Source of the DNA: Lama guanicoe
Lineage: Eukaryota
Reading direction: 5' to 3'
Length of the DNA: 64,000 nucleotides
Assembly (NCBI GenBank): GCA_013239625.1
Contig: MU053559.1
Location: 124,001 to 188,000, forward strand
Shown here piece by piece: positions 10,001 to 23,440 of this stretch (its first letter is position 1; each line of letters begins with the position of its first letter). The position numbers and the translations under genes were made by a program. The notes under the pieces were generated by a model. That model was given only the letters and a program-made list of their open reading frames with translations. It was not told where the DNA came from and ran no database searches.

Positions 10001-13000
10001 GCTGGCACAGAATGAATCCTTTATAAATATTTGTCAAAGGACTGAATGTGGAGGAGTAAAGTGAGGGATAGCAAGAGTAAATCAAAACTCACCCTTGAGT
10101 TGACTGGGAAAGAAGCCTCAAGGGTCACCCCATGTGTGATAGCGAGCACACTTCAGAGGGCCCACTGTAAGCCAAACCTGACCATCCTTTCTGTGCCTAA
10201 ACTCATAGGTGCCAGAGGAGGCTGATTACGAGGCAGTCCCTGTGGAGGCCTACGGGCTGGCTATGCTGCGGGGCATGGGATGGAAACCTGGCGAGGGCAT
10301 TGGCCGCACCTTCAATCAGTGAGTTGTAGGGTAGGGGCAAGGGGACAGCAGATGGGCCAGGGAACAAGACCTGCATGATTACCACCCACCCAGAACCATC
10401 CAGGCAGGGAGAGGATGCATTTCCACCCTGAGTATTTCAGTAGCCCCTTCCACTACTGTTCAACCTCCTTTTGCCCTTCAAAACCCCGTAACCTAACAAG
10501 ATCTCATTTACGTAAAGATTGCCTGTCTGGGCATCAGCCTTCTCAGCTGAAAAATGGGGATAATAACAGTACTCACTTCCCAAGTCTGTTGTGAGAGTTA
10601 AGTGAAATGATGCACATTAAGCACTTTACAGTAAGCCCTGGCCCCAGATAAGCACATACTATATATTTGCTATTGTTATCACATGGGCTTACGATCCCTT
10701 CTTCCACAGTTTTAAACTCCCCAAAAATCTGAAAACCAAACTTTTTTTTCCATAAAACAATTGGTAGTCAAGTGTAACCTGAATTGACACTGAGTATTTT
10801 ATGTTCTGTTTCTTCTGCTTGGTGAATAGTCATATGGTTTCCCCTGTGGAAATATTAGTATATTTGGTTATTGGAACCTGCCTCAGATCCCACTAGAGAT
10901 ACTGTGTAATAGAGGGTATGCACAACATGTTATTAGGTTAAACCAAATGAAATTGCCATTTCTGTCCTAATATGAGATTCGCAAGGATATTCTGGAACAT
11001 ATTGATAGGGTGGGATTTGGGCAGTGGTTGGGGGTAGGGGTGGGGGACGGGGCCTTGAAGACAGATGCATCCCCCACAACAAGCCCATATCCTGTGTTCC
11101 CTGCAGAGTGGTGAAGCCTTCGTGTCAACGCACTGAGGCCCAAGGGTTTAGGGCTGGGCGCCAGCCTGACTGAGGTCCAGGCCCTGGCCCCCACGGGCCC
11201 CCACCGGCTGCCGAGGCCAGATGAGCAAGAGAAGGATAAGGAAGACCAGCCTCAAGGACTGGTGCCTGGAGGAGCTGTGGTGGTTCTTTCTGGCCCTCAC
11301 CGTGGCCTCTATGGGAAAGTAAGCAACCAGGATGTGCCTGGAGCCTGAGACAGGCAACAGGGACGATTGATGTGAGGGTCAGAGGGCAGAAGAATTGGGT
11401 CTTGGGTAGGAAAGCTGGAAGTCTTTGTCTTTCAGGCCTTCCTGGCCCACCGCCTCATTCAGTAACTCAAGACTATTTGTTGGGCCTGTCTTGAGCCTCA
11501 GCTTCAACTAAAAGGGAGAGAATCCTTATGCCACAAGTCCCTGAGGATTAGATACTTAAAATAGATCCAAGCCCCACGGTCTGCTGGGGGAGACACAGGG
11601 GTGAGGCCTATCAGAGGTAGGGACAGACAGTTTGGTTTTAGGACTGTGGGTCAAGATCACTCAACCCCTGCCTCCCTTCTTCCCCACAATACTTTAGGTG
11701 GAAGGCCTCGATCCTGACAATGTTCGAGCCATGGTCCGTCTGGCCGCAGGGAGCCGCATGGTGACTGTTAGTGAGTACTGCCTGCGGCCTGTCTCCCAGC
11801 AGGAGTTTGACAAGAACTCCTTGGATCTCAGTGAGTGAGCCTCTTACCTAGCTGGGGAAATTGGAGAGGCATTCCTGGGGGTGGTAGGGCCTATCTTGGG
11901 GGCAGAGGTTAGATCTGCAGAGGGGTGGAACAATGGACTGCTGGCAAGGGTGATTTCTGGTCAGAGTTAAGAAGTGAGAATGAACATAAGTGGTATATTC
12001 CATTTAATTGAAAAAAGATTGATCTAGTAACTCTTTAGCCAGCCTCCTTCTGAGGCAGGAGAAACAGATGTGGAAACCATTTCCTACCCTTGGGAGGTCT
12101 TTATTTGGGGTGGTGAACCTCTCTTTTGCTAGGGAGTGGGAGCAGCTAGGACTAGATGGTGATGGGGAGGAAGGCATTTTAGGCATATCGGTGGGATGGG
12201 CCAGTTTGGCTCGTGGGAGATGGGTGCTGTCAGCTCTCCAGGACTCCCTAGCCCATACTAGGCGGTTGGCTCAGGTAAGCACTGTCAGGACTGGCTGGGA
12301 TGGTAGAGGAAGGCTTCCTGACAGAGGCTGAGATGGTTGAGAGGAAGGGGAGAGTGTTCTAATAGCCCAGGCAAAAGCTTGATGGTATGAGGGGGCATTT
12401 TGGCAGATGGGAGGTGGTCTGAGGCTGGGGTGTGGCCTGGAAGGAAAGAGGGTGAGATACTGAGTCTCTTGTCTGGTTCTCCCCACACCCTCTTGAACAG
12501 ACCAGGTGAGCAAAACCTCAGGGCAACAGAACGGAACAGCCTCATCACGAAAGGCTCTTCGGAATCAGGACCTCCACGGCCGGCAGGTGGACTCAGAGAG
12601 GAAGCGGAAACACCTTCCAGACCGGTGGGACCCTGGGCATCTGGGATGGGGGTAGGGGGAAGATCATGGTGAGGCTCCAGCAGTCAGAGAAAGCTTCCCC
12701 AGGGCAAGGCACGTGCCTGGAAGGAACTAGGAACAGCATTATGGGTGGGTTTCACAGCATTGGTGAAGGTGGTGTGCCCAGAACGTGCCTCTGATAAAGA
12801 GCTAAGCCTCCTGTCGGCCCCTCTCTACAGACAGGATGGGCCTGCAGCCAAGAGTGAGAAAGCAGCCCCCAGGAGTCAGCACTGGTTGCACAGGGACCTG
12901 CGCGTGCGGTTTGTGGACAAGCTGCACAAGGGCGGCCAGTATTACAACACCAAGGTGGGAACCCCGCACCTGCGTCCGCTTCCTCCCCCAGGGACTGGGC

Positions 13001-14039
13001 CTCCTTAGCTCTCTGACACTCTCATATCCCCGACCCTCTCCCCAGATGACAATTGAAGATGTCCTGAGCCCAGACACTTGTGTGTGTCGGACAGATGAAG
13101 GCCAGGTCCTGGAAGGTGAGTCTGAGGGATGGCCACTGGGTTGTCATCCTGGACACTGATCGAGAAGGCTGTCATAGGCCAAGAACCTGGCCCAGGCAAA
13201 GGCTGGGAGGTTGGGTTTTTTGCAAGGCCCAGCATCCTCTAACAGAATGTCAGACACTTCTATGATGGTGAATATCTGAGCCCCACTTTCTCCATCTGCA
13301 CAGTTAACACCTGTTTCTCCCCCTCTGTGACTGGTGCCTTGTAGGGATGTGTGCTCTGTGTGCAGGGCAGGGCATACAGCATGCCTATGATAAATGGTGT
13401 CTGAGGTGTGTTTTTCTTTTAATTTAAGTATAGTTGATTTACAATGTTTCAGGTATACAGCAAAGTGATTCAGTTATATATATATATATGTAAATCTGTT
13501 CTGTTATCACCCCCAGCCATCACCATCATATATAAATGCTCTCTTTATTACAACTATTCCCAGGAACCACTCGTTAGGTTTCCTCATCCGTGAAATGGAT
13601 GTGGGGAACTCCCATCTGTTAACAGGTACAGAGTAGCTCCAAGGAACACAGGAGAGGCCCTTCTGATAGGACCCTGGCTGGGCTGCCCTTGCTGGGGGCC
13701 TCACTCCCCTCTCCTTGTCTGCAGGCCTGAGGGAAGACATGCTGGAGACCCTGATCCCTAAGGTCGAGGGCAACCGGGTGATGGTGGTGCTGGGGCCACA
13801 GGCTGGAAGGGTGAGTCCCAGACCTGGGAATGGAGGGTAGGGGCACACAGGGAATGTCCCAGGGTCTGCATTGGCCTTGCTGACTCCTCCCGCCCCTACT
13901 CTAGGTGGGCCGTCTGCTGGACTGGGACAGAGAGCGGAGCCGGGCTCTGGTGCAGCTGCAGAGAGAGAATGAGGTGGTAAAGCTTCACTATGATGCTGTC
14001 TGCCAGTATGTGGGCCCCAGCGACTCGGATGAAGACTGA
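7027..14039 (+). CDS. GPKOW: G-patch domain and KOW motifs protein (Spp2-like splicing factor); apparent +1 frameshift in exon 5
   Basis: Exons 7027-7196, 7983-8137, 8237-8361, 10209-10318, 11107-11318, 11698-11830, 12501-12624, 12831-12954, 13046-13115, 13725-13810, 13905-14039(TGA). G-patch [18 protein letters not shown] and [18 protein letters not shown]; all junctions GT-AG; exon 5 is one base too long (212 nt). Confidence 0.93.
8560..10050. mobile_element. LINE-2 fragments in GPKOW intron 3 (8560-8900 minus; ~9400-10050 plus)
   Basis: Typical L2 text (ggactttggcttttactctgagtgagatg...; ccccagcacctagaacagt...tggcacag...gaatg 3' end); boundaries approximate. Confidence 0.65.
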
Positions 14040-14234
14040 CCTGTGGACACACTCCCATCCCCCAGGCTGTTACCAGTCCTGCACGGTGTGGAGAGACTGC
14101 CTTCATGAAGGTGGGGAGGTTGTTGTTCTGCCCTCCGCTTTGCAGCGCAGCCCTGGGACAGGGTGAGGGCACAAGCTGGATGGACCAGAAGGGAGGCTAG
14201 AAGCCAACCCAATATTTACCAGAAGTTAGTGTAT

Positions 14235-14240
14235 AATAAA
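14235..14240 (+). terminator. GPKOW polyadenylation signal
   Basis: AATAAA ~200 nt after the stop codon. Confidence 0.7.
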
Positions 14241-15644
14241 AACCATTTCAAATACCAAGTAAAACGAAGAGATCGTAAGTGGTGTGCTGCGCTGTGAGAG
14301 GAGGCAGGAGCCAGGCTGATTGAGGTGGGGACTATTCCATTTTTCAGCCCCACTGCCTTGCTTGGGCAGCTAGCCAAGCGGAAGGATCCATTCGCTCCCA
14401 CGCTCACTGTTGGAGTCCGGAAGTTATGAAATCTGTCCCCAGCAGGTACTATGAAGTCTGGAAGGCCACATCCCTGGACAACTTCCTGGGCAAGAATCTA
14501 GCAGGCTCTGCTCTTACTCTTGGTCCAGAGCAGATGCCCAGAGATTATCTTGAGCCTGTGACAGGGGTCAAGAAGAAGGGAGGCTTCTACCCACCAAGGG
14601 GATGTGTTAGCACTACTTTCCAGAGGACCCAGTTAACCTTGGGGCCCCCATTTTAGTCCCAAAACTTTGGCTTGAAAGTAAAAAAGTTTTGTCTGTCTCA
14701 GGTAGAATTTCCCTGGTTGCTTCAGGTAACTGGATTCTCAAAAAGTTATTGTCAGAGAATCCTTTTTCCTACTCAGTGGCCTAAGATAAAAAATCAACAA
14801 AGGAAGAAGAAAAAATCAAAGGAAGTCAGAGTTTTAGACACAACTGTTTCTAACTCATCCCTCATCACTAAGTCGTTGATGTAATTAGTTGTATTTGAGT
14901 TAGATCTAGGCCTCTGGTATAAACTGACACTTCAGAACATGGCACAGCACTGGAGAATTTGAATAGTTCTTGTACAGGATGACATGAGCTGCCGTCCCTG
15001 CTAAGCTGAGGCAGACTGCTGTTTTGAGCCAAAATAAGCAAGGTATAGAAAAACAATGAGTTGGCCAGACCAATGGCCGTATACCCAGTAAGGCAAGGGA
15101 TGATTAGAAAACCTTCCAGCGTAGTAACCCCTACATGAGGGACACTGGCACAGAGTGATTTACTTTTTTTGATCGTCCCTAATTAATTCCAGAACTCATC
15201 TGTTTTCAAGATTAGCCAAAAAGGGTTGTTAAGGCCGACACTGGAGAACAAATTCCCACCCCCACGCCCCCAGTTCCTCCAGTTCTTAAGTCATCATTGT
15301 GACTGCACACACTGCCCTAGAACTGCAGGCTGACGTGTATTTTTTTTAATTTAAGTATAGTCGATTTACAGTGTTTCAGGAGTACAGCAAAGTGATTCAG
15401 TTCCATATATATATATATGTACATATATATATATACACACATATGTAAATCTCTTCTTTTTCAGATTCTTTTCCATTATAGGTTATTACAAGATATTGTA
15501 TAGCTCCCTGTGCTATACAGTAAGCTGAGTTGTATTTTTAATCTTGGGAAAGTTTGGGAGTTCTAGAGGTTCCCAGTTTGGCACGTCCAGGAGTCAGTTT
15601 CCTGTGCTGTCATGTGTGAAGCCTAGTCAAGAAGGCCTCCTCCT

Positions 15645-15740
15645 AGGGTTGGGTATTAGCTCAGTGGTAGAGTGTGTGCTTAGCTTAGCATGCATGAAGT
15701 CCTGGGTTCAGTCCACAGTACCTGCATTTAAAAAAAAAAA
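15645..15740 (+). mobile_element. tRNA-derived SINE (camelid vic-1-like)
   Basis: tagctcagtggtagagtg...tcctgggttcagtcc A/B boxes, A tail, TSD aagaaggcctcctcct (15629-15644 / 15995-16010). Confidence 0.8.
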
Positions 15741-15747
15741 GAAGGCC

Positions 15748-15996
15748 AGGGAGTGGGGTGGGAAGGGATAAACTAGGAGTTCAAGATTTGCAGATATATA
15801 TATTTTATATATATGGTATATATAAAATAGATAAACAAGTTTATACTGTATAGCGCAGGGAACTATGTTCAATATCTTGTAGCTTACAGTGAAAAAGAAT
15901 ATGAAAATGAATATATGTATATCCATGTATGACATTGTGCTGTACACCAGGAATTGACACAACATTGTAAACTGACTGTACCTCTGTGAAAAAAAA
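15748..15996 (+). mobile_element. LINE-1 3' end fragment
   Basis: gggaagggataaactaggagttcaagatt...ctgtatagcgcagggaactatgttcaatatcttgta... plus A tail. Confidence 0.75.
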
Positions 15997-17024
15997 GAAG
16001 GCCTCCTCCTTTCTCCAAATCATAATAAATTTCTTGGTAGTATCCTTGAGAAGGATATAAAGCTCCCCAGGGAAAGGCATTGTCCCTCTGGGTCTGCCCT
16101 GCAACGTGGCATCACCTGGCAGTTTCAGACAATCCCTCCATCTCCTCCATGTGCTGTGACACTTAAAATAGATCTTGCACCAGATTCCAATCTCCTAGAG
16201 TTAATGTTTCTCCCGAGCCTGCCTTTGGAAATGGGACCTGAAGTTCTTGAATATGGCCCGGTGTCCAGAACACCTAGCCCATGGCAGAACGCCTGGTCCC
16301 CCAGAGCAGATCATCAGATTTTTTTGTGTTTCCTCAGAGAGGATCCCTCCTGATCCCTCAGTTTGAGAACAGAGCTCCTTAAGTTCTGGAAAATGTAGAC
16401 AGCATCAGGAAGCTTTCCCAATCTGCGCTTTGTTCATTGTGCACAAAGACTTGGTCCTAAAGACCCTTTGAGTCTGCGCAGCTTTCTCGGCTGTTACCCC
16501 CTGGGCAACGGTTACTGCAGCAACAGCTTCTGTGAGCCCATGAACTCTCCATGGACCGCTCACAAGCCGAGGACCATGACCCATACCGTTTATCCAGACT
16601 GGCTTCTTCCACATCATAGGGACTGAGCAAGATGTGGGTGCAAAAGCATCTGCCTCTTCTGCCAAGTCTCCAGAAGCTTCCCTGGCAGGGTGCTGCCTCT
16701 GTTTAAAAAACTATCCAGACACTGAGCCAGGAATTTGTGGCATCAGACTCGAGAAGCAGCTTCTTTCTTTGCCTTTCAGAGAGAAGTGAATTATCTGGGT
16801 GATGGGGACTACTGCCTGGGGCTGACCTTGATGGCGGGTATATACAGGTAGGCTCTCATTTCTGACATTTCTTCCTCAGCTGGAGGATGCTCCCCTCCAT
16901 TCCCACACTGGGGCCTTTTAACTCCCATGTTTGTAGCATCACACAGTGAGGTGAAGTGTGCAACAACTTGGAAAGCTACGTGAGGGGGACTGCGTCCTCA
17001 CCAGGTGCCCCTATGGTTCCAATT

Positions 17025-17600
17025 CATTCAGCAAGGATCTCTGGAGCCCCTACTGTATGCCAAGTACTGTTCTGCAGGCTAGGGATACAGTAAAGCATAC
17101 ATCATTCATTCAACAATTATTGAGTCCCTACTTGATGCCAGGCATGATTTTCTAGCTACTGGAGATAAAACCATGAACAGAACAAAGATCCATGCCCTTG
17201 TGGAGCTGATATTCCAGTGGGGCTGAGAGATAATAAGCAATAAGCAAAAGAAGTAAATTATCCAGTATGTTAGAAGGTGCTAAGAACCATGTGGGGGGAG
17301 GGCGGGAGAAAGTACAGCAGGGTAAAGGGGATCCAGAATGGGCAGTATTCATAGGAAGGTTTTACTGAAAAGGTGACATTTGAGCCAAGATATGAAGGAA
17401 GTAAGGGAGAGTCATGCACTATCTGAAAAATGGTCCAGGTGGGGGAAACAATGCAAAGGCCCTGTGGTGGCACCATTGCTGGTGTGTTTGAGGAATAGTG
17501 AGGCCAGTGTGGCTGTATGGGAGTGAATGAAAGAGAGGGGAGCTAGGAGGTCGGGTCCGAGAGGTACTGTAGTGCTTCGAGGGCCACACTCACTGTTCTG
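17025..17600 (-). mobile_element. LINE-2 3' region
   Basis: cattcattcaacaattattgagt-type tail followed by characteristic L2 body. Confidence 0.7.
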
Positions 17601-18087
17601 ACAGAAGTGAGAATCCTAAGAAGCCTCCATGCAGCCACGGCCAAAGACTGATGCCCCACTTCCCCCACCCCTACACAGCCACACTAAATACACCTGCACT
17701 TCAAGTGCCTTGGTCGGTCTGGCTGATTTCCACTGTCCAGAACTGATTCTTCCAGTGGGGCTGCTGGAACTTCCTGGAAGGCTTACTTCTCCATCAGTGC
17801 CAGTGGGGTACCTTCCTCAAACTTGGGAAGCAACCTCCTTCCCAGGTCTCAGAGGGATCCTCAGCACCTGACGTCCACGTACCCCCGATCTTTCACTGCT
17901 TACCTGGAAGAGTTATCGCCTGAAGATCACCAGACACCACCAGCTACAGAGGAGAGGCACTAAATGTATCCGGTTTCCCCACGGCATCTCACAAGAGGAC
18001 GAAATGCCACAACTTTGCTCACTAATCTTTTGGTTGTACTGATTTTCCTCATAACCTCATCCCATCCTTGTCTTCAAAAGTTCTTTA

Positions 18088-19285
18088 AGTCATTAGGGAA
18101 CTGCAAATTAAAACAACGAGATACCACTACACACTATGACAATGGCAAAAATCCAACAAACTGACAACACCAAATTCTGGTGAGGACGCAGTGTAACAGG
18201 AACTTTCATTCATTGCAGGTGGGAAGGCAAAATGGTACAGCCACTCTGGAAGACAGTCTGGCTGTTTCTTACAAAACTAAACATACTCTTACCATATGAT
18301 CCAGCAATCACGCTCCAAAAGAGCTGAAAACGTCCACACAAAAACCCGCACATGGATGTTTACAGCAGCTTTATTCATAATTGCAGAAACTTAGAAGCAA
18401 CCACGATTGTCCTACAGCAGGTGACTGGATAAATAAACTGGTACATCCAGATAGGGGAATATTATTCAGTGCTCAAAAGAAATGAGCTATCAAGCCACGA
18501 AAAGATATGGAGGAATCTTAAAGGCATGTTACTAAGTGAAAGAAGCCAATCTGAAAAAGCTACATACTGGATGATTCCAACTCTATGACGTTCTGGAAAG
18601 GGAAGTACTATGGAGACAGTTAAAAGTGGTTGCCAGGAGTTAGAGGTTGATGGAGGGACGAAAAGGCAGAGAACAGAGGATTTTACAACAATGAAACTAT
18701 TTTGTAGGGGGTGGGAATAGGTCAGTGGTAGAACATCTTCTTAGCAGGCATGAGGCCCTGAGTTCAATCTCAAGTACCTACATTAAAAAAATGAAATTTT
18801 TTGTTTTCTTTTTGTTTTTTCTGTGTGTATATGTATATATTTTTAATTGAAGTATAGTCAGTTTACAATGTGTCAATTTCTGGTGTACAGCATAATGCTT
18901 CAGTCAGACATGAACATACATATATATTCGTTCTCATATTCTTTTTCACCATAAATTACTGCAAGATATTGAATATAGTTCCCTGTGCTATACAATATGA
19001 ACTTGCTTATGAAACTATTTTGTATGTGACTCTGACTGGATATAAGTCATTGTACATTTGTAAAAACCCATAGGATGCAACACTAAGCATGAACCCTAAT
19101 GTAAACTATGGACTTTGAATGACAATGATATGCTGTTGTCAATGAGTGTAGGTTCATTGATTGTAACGAATGTACCACTGGTGGTGCGGGATGCCAATAG
19201 TGGGGGAAGATGTGCATGGAGGTGGGGGCAAGGATATATTTTCCACTCAATTTTGCTATGAATCTAAAACTGCTTTTAAAAAAGA
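18088..19285 (+). mobile_element. Old L1 (L1M-type) ORF2 end and 3' UTR, with nested SINE (18707-18790) and younger L1 tail (~18800-19008, minus)
   Basis: gtcattagggaactgcaaattaaaacaacgagataccac... L1 text; nested inserts bounded by atgaaactattttgta at 18691-18706 and 19009-19024. Confidence 0.8.
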
Positions 19286-20647
19286 AGGCTGATTCTTTTA
19301 AAAAGCACTTTAAGAATCTTTATGAAAATTAGAGCTCCATCACCCCTTTTGCTTTGCCATATTCTATTAGTAGATTGTTTTTAAAAAGCAATTCTTTACA
19401 TATTCTGGGTATAGATACTTTATCAGATAAATGATTTGCAAGTATTTTGTCCCAGTCTGTGGCTTGTCTTTTCATTCTCTTAACAATGTCTTTCGAAAAG
19501 CAGAAATATTCAATTTTGATGAAGTCAGATTTTTTAGTTTGTTCTTTTTGGATTGTCCTTTTGATGTCACATCTAAGAAATCTGTGCCTAATCCCAGATT
19601 ACAAAGGTTTTCTAGAAGTTTTAGAGTTTTAGATTATATGTTTAGATTTTTGATTCATTTTGAATTAATTTTTGTGTATGGTGGGAGGTATGGAGACAGG
19701 CTCATTCTTTTAAGTACGGATATCCAACTGTTCCAGCAACATTTGTTGAAAAGACTGTCCTTCCTCCACTGCATTGCTTCGTGCCTTTTTCAAAAATCAG
19801 TTATCCACCACAAAGAAAAGAAAAAAATCAGTTGTCCACATAAGTATGGATTGACTTATGGACTCTATTCTGTTCTATTGATATATTTGTCTATCTGTAT
19901 ATCTATCTGTATGTTTTAATGATAACTGTAGCTTTATAATGATTCTTGAAATCAGGATTAGCCCTGCAACTTTGTTGGTCTTTTGCACAGTTTCTTTCTC
20001 TTTTGCAGAGAAAAAAAAGATAAATCTTTTGTCAGATTTATCCCTGAGTATTTCATATTTCCTGATATTATTGGACATATTTTTAAATTTAAATTTCTAA
20101 TTTTTCATTGCTAATATATAGAAATACAATTGATTTTTGTACATTGCTCTTGTATCCTGCAACCTTGCTAAACTAACAATTTTATTAGCTTTTTTAAAAT
20201 AGATTCCATTGGTTTTTCTATTAGATAATCATGTTTCTGCAAATAAAGACATGTTTCTTTCTTTCTTTCCAACCCAGATGCCTTTTATTTCTTCTTGCCT
20301 TTTCTGCACTGACTAGAATCTTCAGCACAATATAAAATAGCAGTGGTGAGAGTAGATATCTGTCTTATTCCTGATTTTAGGGGGAAAGCATTCAGTCTTT
20401 CACCAGCCATTAAGTACAATTTTAGCTGTAGCATTTTTTTCCCTCTCCAACATACTTGTAATTTATTAAACAAATATTTATTACCAAGCAGGTTCAACAC
20501 ATGCTAATCATAAACCCATTTGTAAATTCGGCAAAATCCCAGCTTCCTGTCCTTCTAGGGACTCTGGCCATACCTTGAATCAAGGGCTCCCTTGAGGAGG
20601 TTACACTCCAGGGGAAGGGTTCTATTACTTTGTAGTATCAGGTCACC

Positions 20648-20825
20648 AGTGACTCTCATAGTATGGATCCCAGACCAGCAGCATCAGCATCACCTGGAAA
20701 CAGTAGAAATGCAAACTCTCAGGGCCCTCCTGGACCTAATGAATTTGAAATTCTGAGGGTGGTAACCAGCACTCTGTTATAATGAACCCCCAGGGGCTGA
20801 TGAGGTGAACACCAGTTATGAACTG
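20648..20825. mobile_element. MER5A-like hAT-Charlie DNA transposon
   Basis: cccagaccagcagcatcagcatcacctggaaa...gaaatgcaaactctcagg consensus-like text. Confidence 0.7.
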
Positions 20826-22643
20826 CTCTTCCAAAGAAAATGGCAGAGGTAGGTCTGTTTCAGGGTCAAACCTTGGGCAATACCTCTAAGGACAAAGGCC
20901 ATAGTCACAACTAGATTCTCATGTCTGTTAGTGCAAAATGGAGGCTTCCAAAACATTTTAGCCAATCCATGTATCTTTTTTTTTCTTTCGAGGAGTTTTA
21001 TTTTTTAATCTTATTGTGGTAAGAACACTCAACATGAGATCTATGCTCTTAACAAATTTTAAGTATACATTATTGTTGACTATAGGTATAATGTTGTATA
21101 GCAAATCTCTAGAGTTTACTGAACCTTAATACCTGTTGATTAATAACTCCCCATTTCCCTCTCCCCCAGCCCCTGTTAACCACCATTCTACTCTTTGATT
21201 TTAAGAGTTTGACTTTTTAAGACACCTCATACAAGTGGAATCATGCAGTACTCGTCTTTCTGTGTCCTGCTTACTTCACTTAGCAAAATGTCTTTGAGGT
21301 CCATTCATGCTGTCGCATATGGCAGTATTTCCTTCCTTTTAGGGCTAAATAGTATCCCATTGTATATGCATACTACATTTTCTTTATCCATTCGTCTGTC
21401 AATGGACCTTTAGGTTGTTTCCATGTCTTAGCTATTGTGACTAGTACTGAAATGAACATAGGAGTGTTTATATCTCTGTTAGATCCTGATTTCAATTCCT
21501 TTGGATATATATCCAGAAGTGGGATTGCTGGATCATACAGTAGTTCTCTTTTTAATTTTTTGAGAAATCTCCATCATGTTTTCTGCAGAAGCTGCACCAT
21601 TTTGCATTCCCACCAACAGTGAGCAAGGGTTCCAGTGTCTCCACATCCTCACTCACATTTGTCTTTTGGTTTTTTGATAACAGCCATCTTGACAGGTGTG
21701 AGGTGATATTTCATTGTGGCTTCCACTTGCATTTCCTTCATAATGAGTGGCAATGACTGTTTATAATACACCTGTTACACAGATGTTCTTTATCACATTG
21801 ACAAAGTTATTTTCTATTCCTACTTTCCTGAGCGTTTTATCAGGAAATCATGCTTAATTTTATCACCTTCCTTTTCTGCATCTCTTGAGGTGATCACATG
21901 TTTTTCCCTTTTGTTGTTTGTTAGTATGGGAAATTGCACTGATTAATTTTTGAATGGTAAAGAAAGCAACCCTGCATTCCTGGGATAAACTCCACATGGT
22001 CATGATGTATTATCTTTTTAATACATTGTTGGAATCAATTTGCTAAAATTATGTTTAGAATTTTTGTATCTATATTCCCAAGGGAATTGGTCTTTATTTT
22101 CTCTTTCTGTAATATCTATCTAGTTTTGGTATCAGAGTAACGCTGGTCCCATAGAATGGGCTGGGAATTATTCAAATTTTTGCAAGAATTTAGGTAGAGT
22201 TGATATTATTTTCTTTTTTTAACATTTTTTATTGATTTATAATCATTTTACAATGTTGTGTCAGATTCCAGTGTTCAGCACAATTTTTCAGTCATACATG
22301 GACATATACACACTCATTGTCGCATTTTTTTCTCTGTGAGCTACCATAACATTTTGTGTATATTTCCCTGTGCTATACAGTATAATCTTGTTTATCTATT
22401 CTACAATTTTGAAATCCCAGTCTATCCCTTCCCACCCTCCACCCCCCTGAGTTGATATTATTTTCATCTTAAATGCTTGCTAGAATTCACCACTGAAAAC
22501 ATCTGGGCCTGGAGTTTTCTTTGTAGGAAGAATTTTAACTATAAAGTTAATTTCTTTACTAGATATAGGGCTACTCAGGTTTCTATTTCTTTTTTTTAAA
22601 TTGTGGTAAATACACATAACATAAAGTTTACCATCTTAACAAT

Positions 22644-23440
22644 GCAAAAATCCTCACCAAAATATTAGCAAATAGAATCAAAACAGCACATGATCAAGTG
22701 GGTGGGACACAAGGGTAGATCTACACATGCAAATCAATCAATGTAATACAACACATCAACAAGAGAAAGGACAAAAACCACATGATCATCTCAATAGATG
22801 CAGAAAGAGCATTTGATAAAATTCAACACCCATTTATGATAAAAAAAAACTCTCAATAAAGTGGGTATACAAGGAACATAGCTCAACATAATCAAAGCTA
22901 TATATGACAAACCTACAGACAGCATAGTACTCAACGGTGAAAAACTCAAAAGCTTCCCACTAAAATCTGGGACAAGACAAGGATGCCCACTATCACCACT
23001 CCTATTCAACATAGTCCTGGAAGTCCTAGCCACAGCAACCAGGCAAGAGAGAGAAATAAAAGGGATCCAAATTGGAAAAGAAGAGGTTGAAGTGTCACTC
23101 TATGCAGATGACATGATACTATATATAGAAAACCCTAAAAGGTCCACACAAAAACTACTAGAACTAATCGAAGAATTCAGCAAGGTAGCAGGTTACAAAA
23201 TTAACATTCAAAAATCAGTTGCATTTCTTTACACTAATGATTAATCAACAGAAAAAGAAATTAAAGAAACAATCCCCTTTAAAATAGCACCCAAAGTAAT
23301 AAAATATCTGGGAATAAATCTAACCAAGGAGGTGAAAGAATTATACACAGAAAACTATAAACCATTGATGAAGGAAATTAAAGAAGACTTTAAAAAATGG
23401 AAGGATATCCCATGCTCCTGGATTGGAAGAATCAATATTG
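22644..23440 (+). mobile_element. Internal L1 ORF2 reverse-transcriptase fragment (defective)
   Basis: Encodes ...[22 protein letters not shown]...[15 protein letters not shown]...; stops and indels; no 3' UTR or A tail. Confidence 0.9.

Noticed and set aside
15645..15740. tRNA-like sequences (also 18707, 55618, 57073 and several minus-strand copies)
   Set aside because: They carry A tails, TSDs and many substitutions, so they are SINEs, not tRNA genes.
22644..23440. Reverse transcriptase as a novel stand-alone RT system
   Set aside because: Clearly a disrupted LINE-1 ORF2 fragment with stops and frameshifts.
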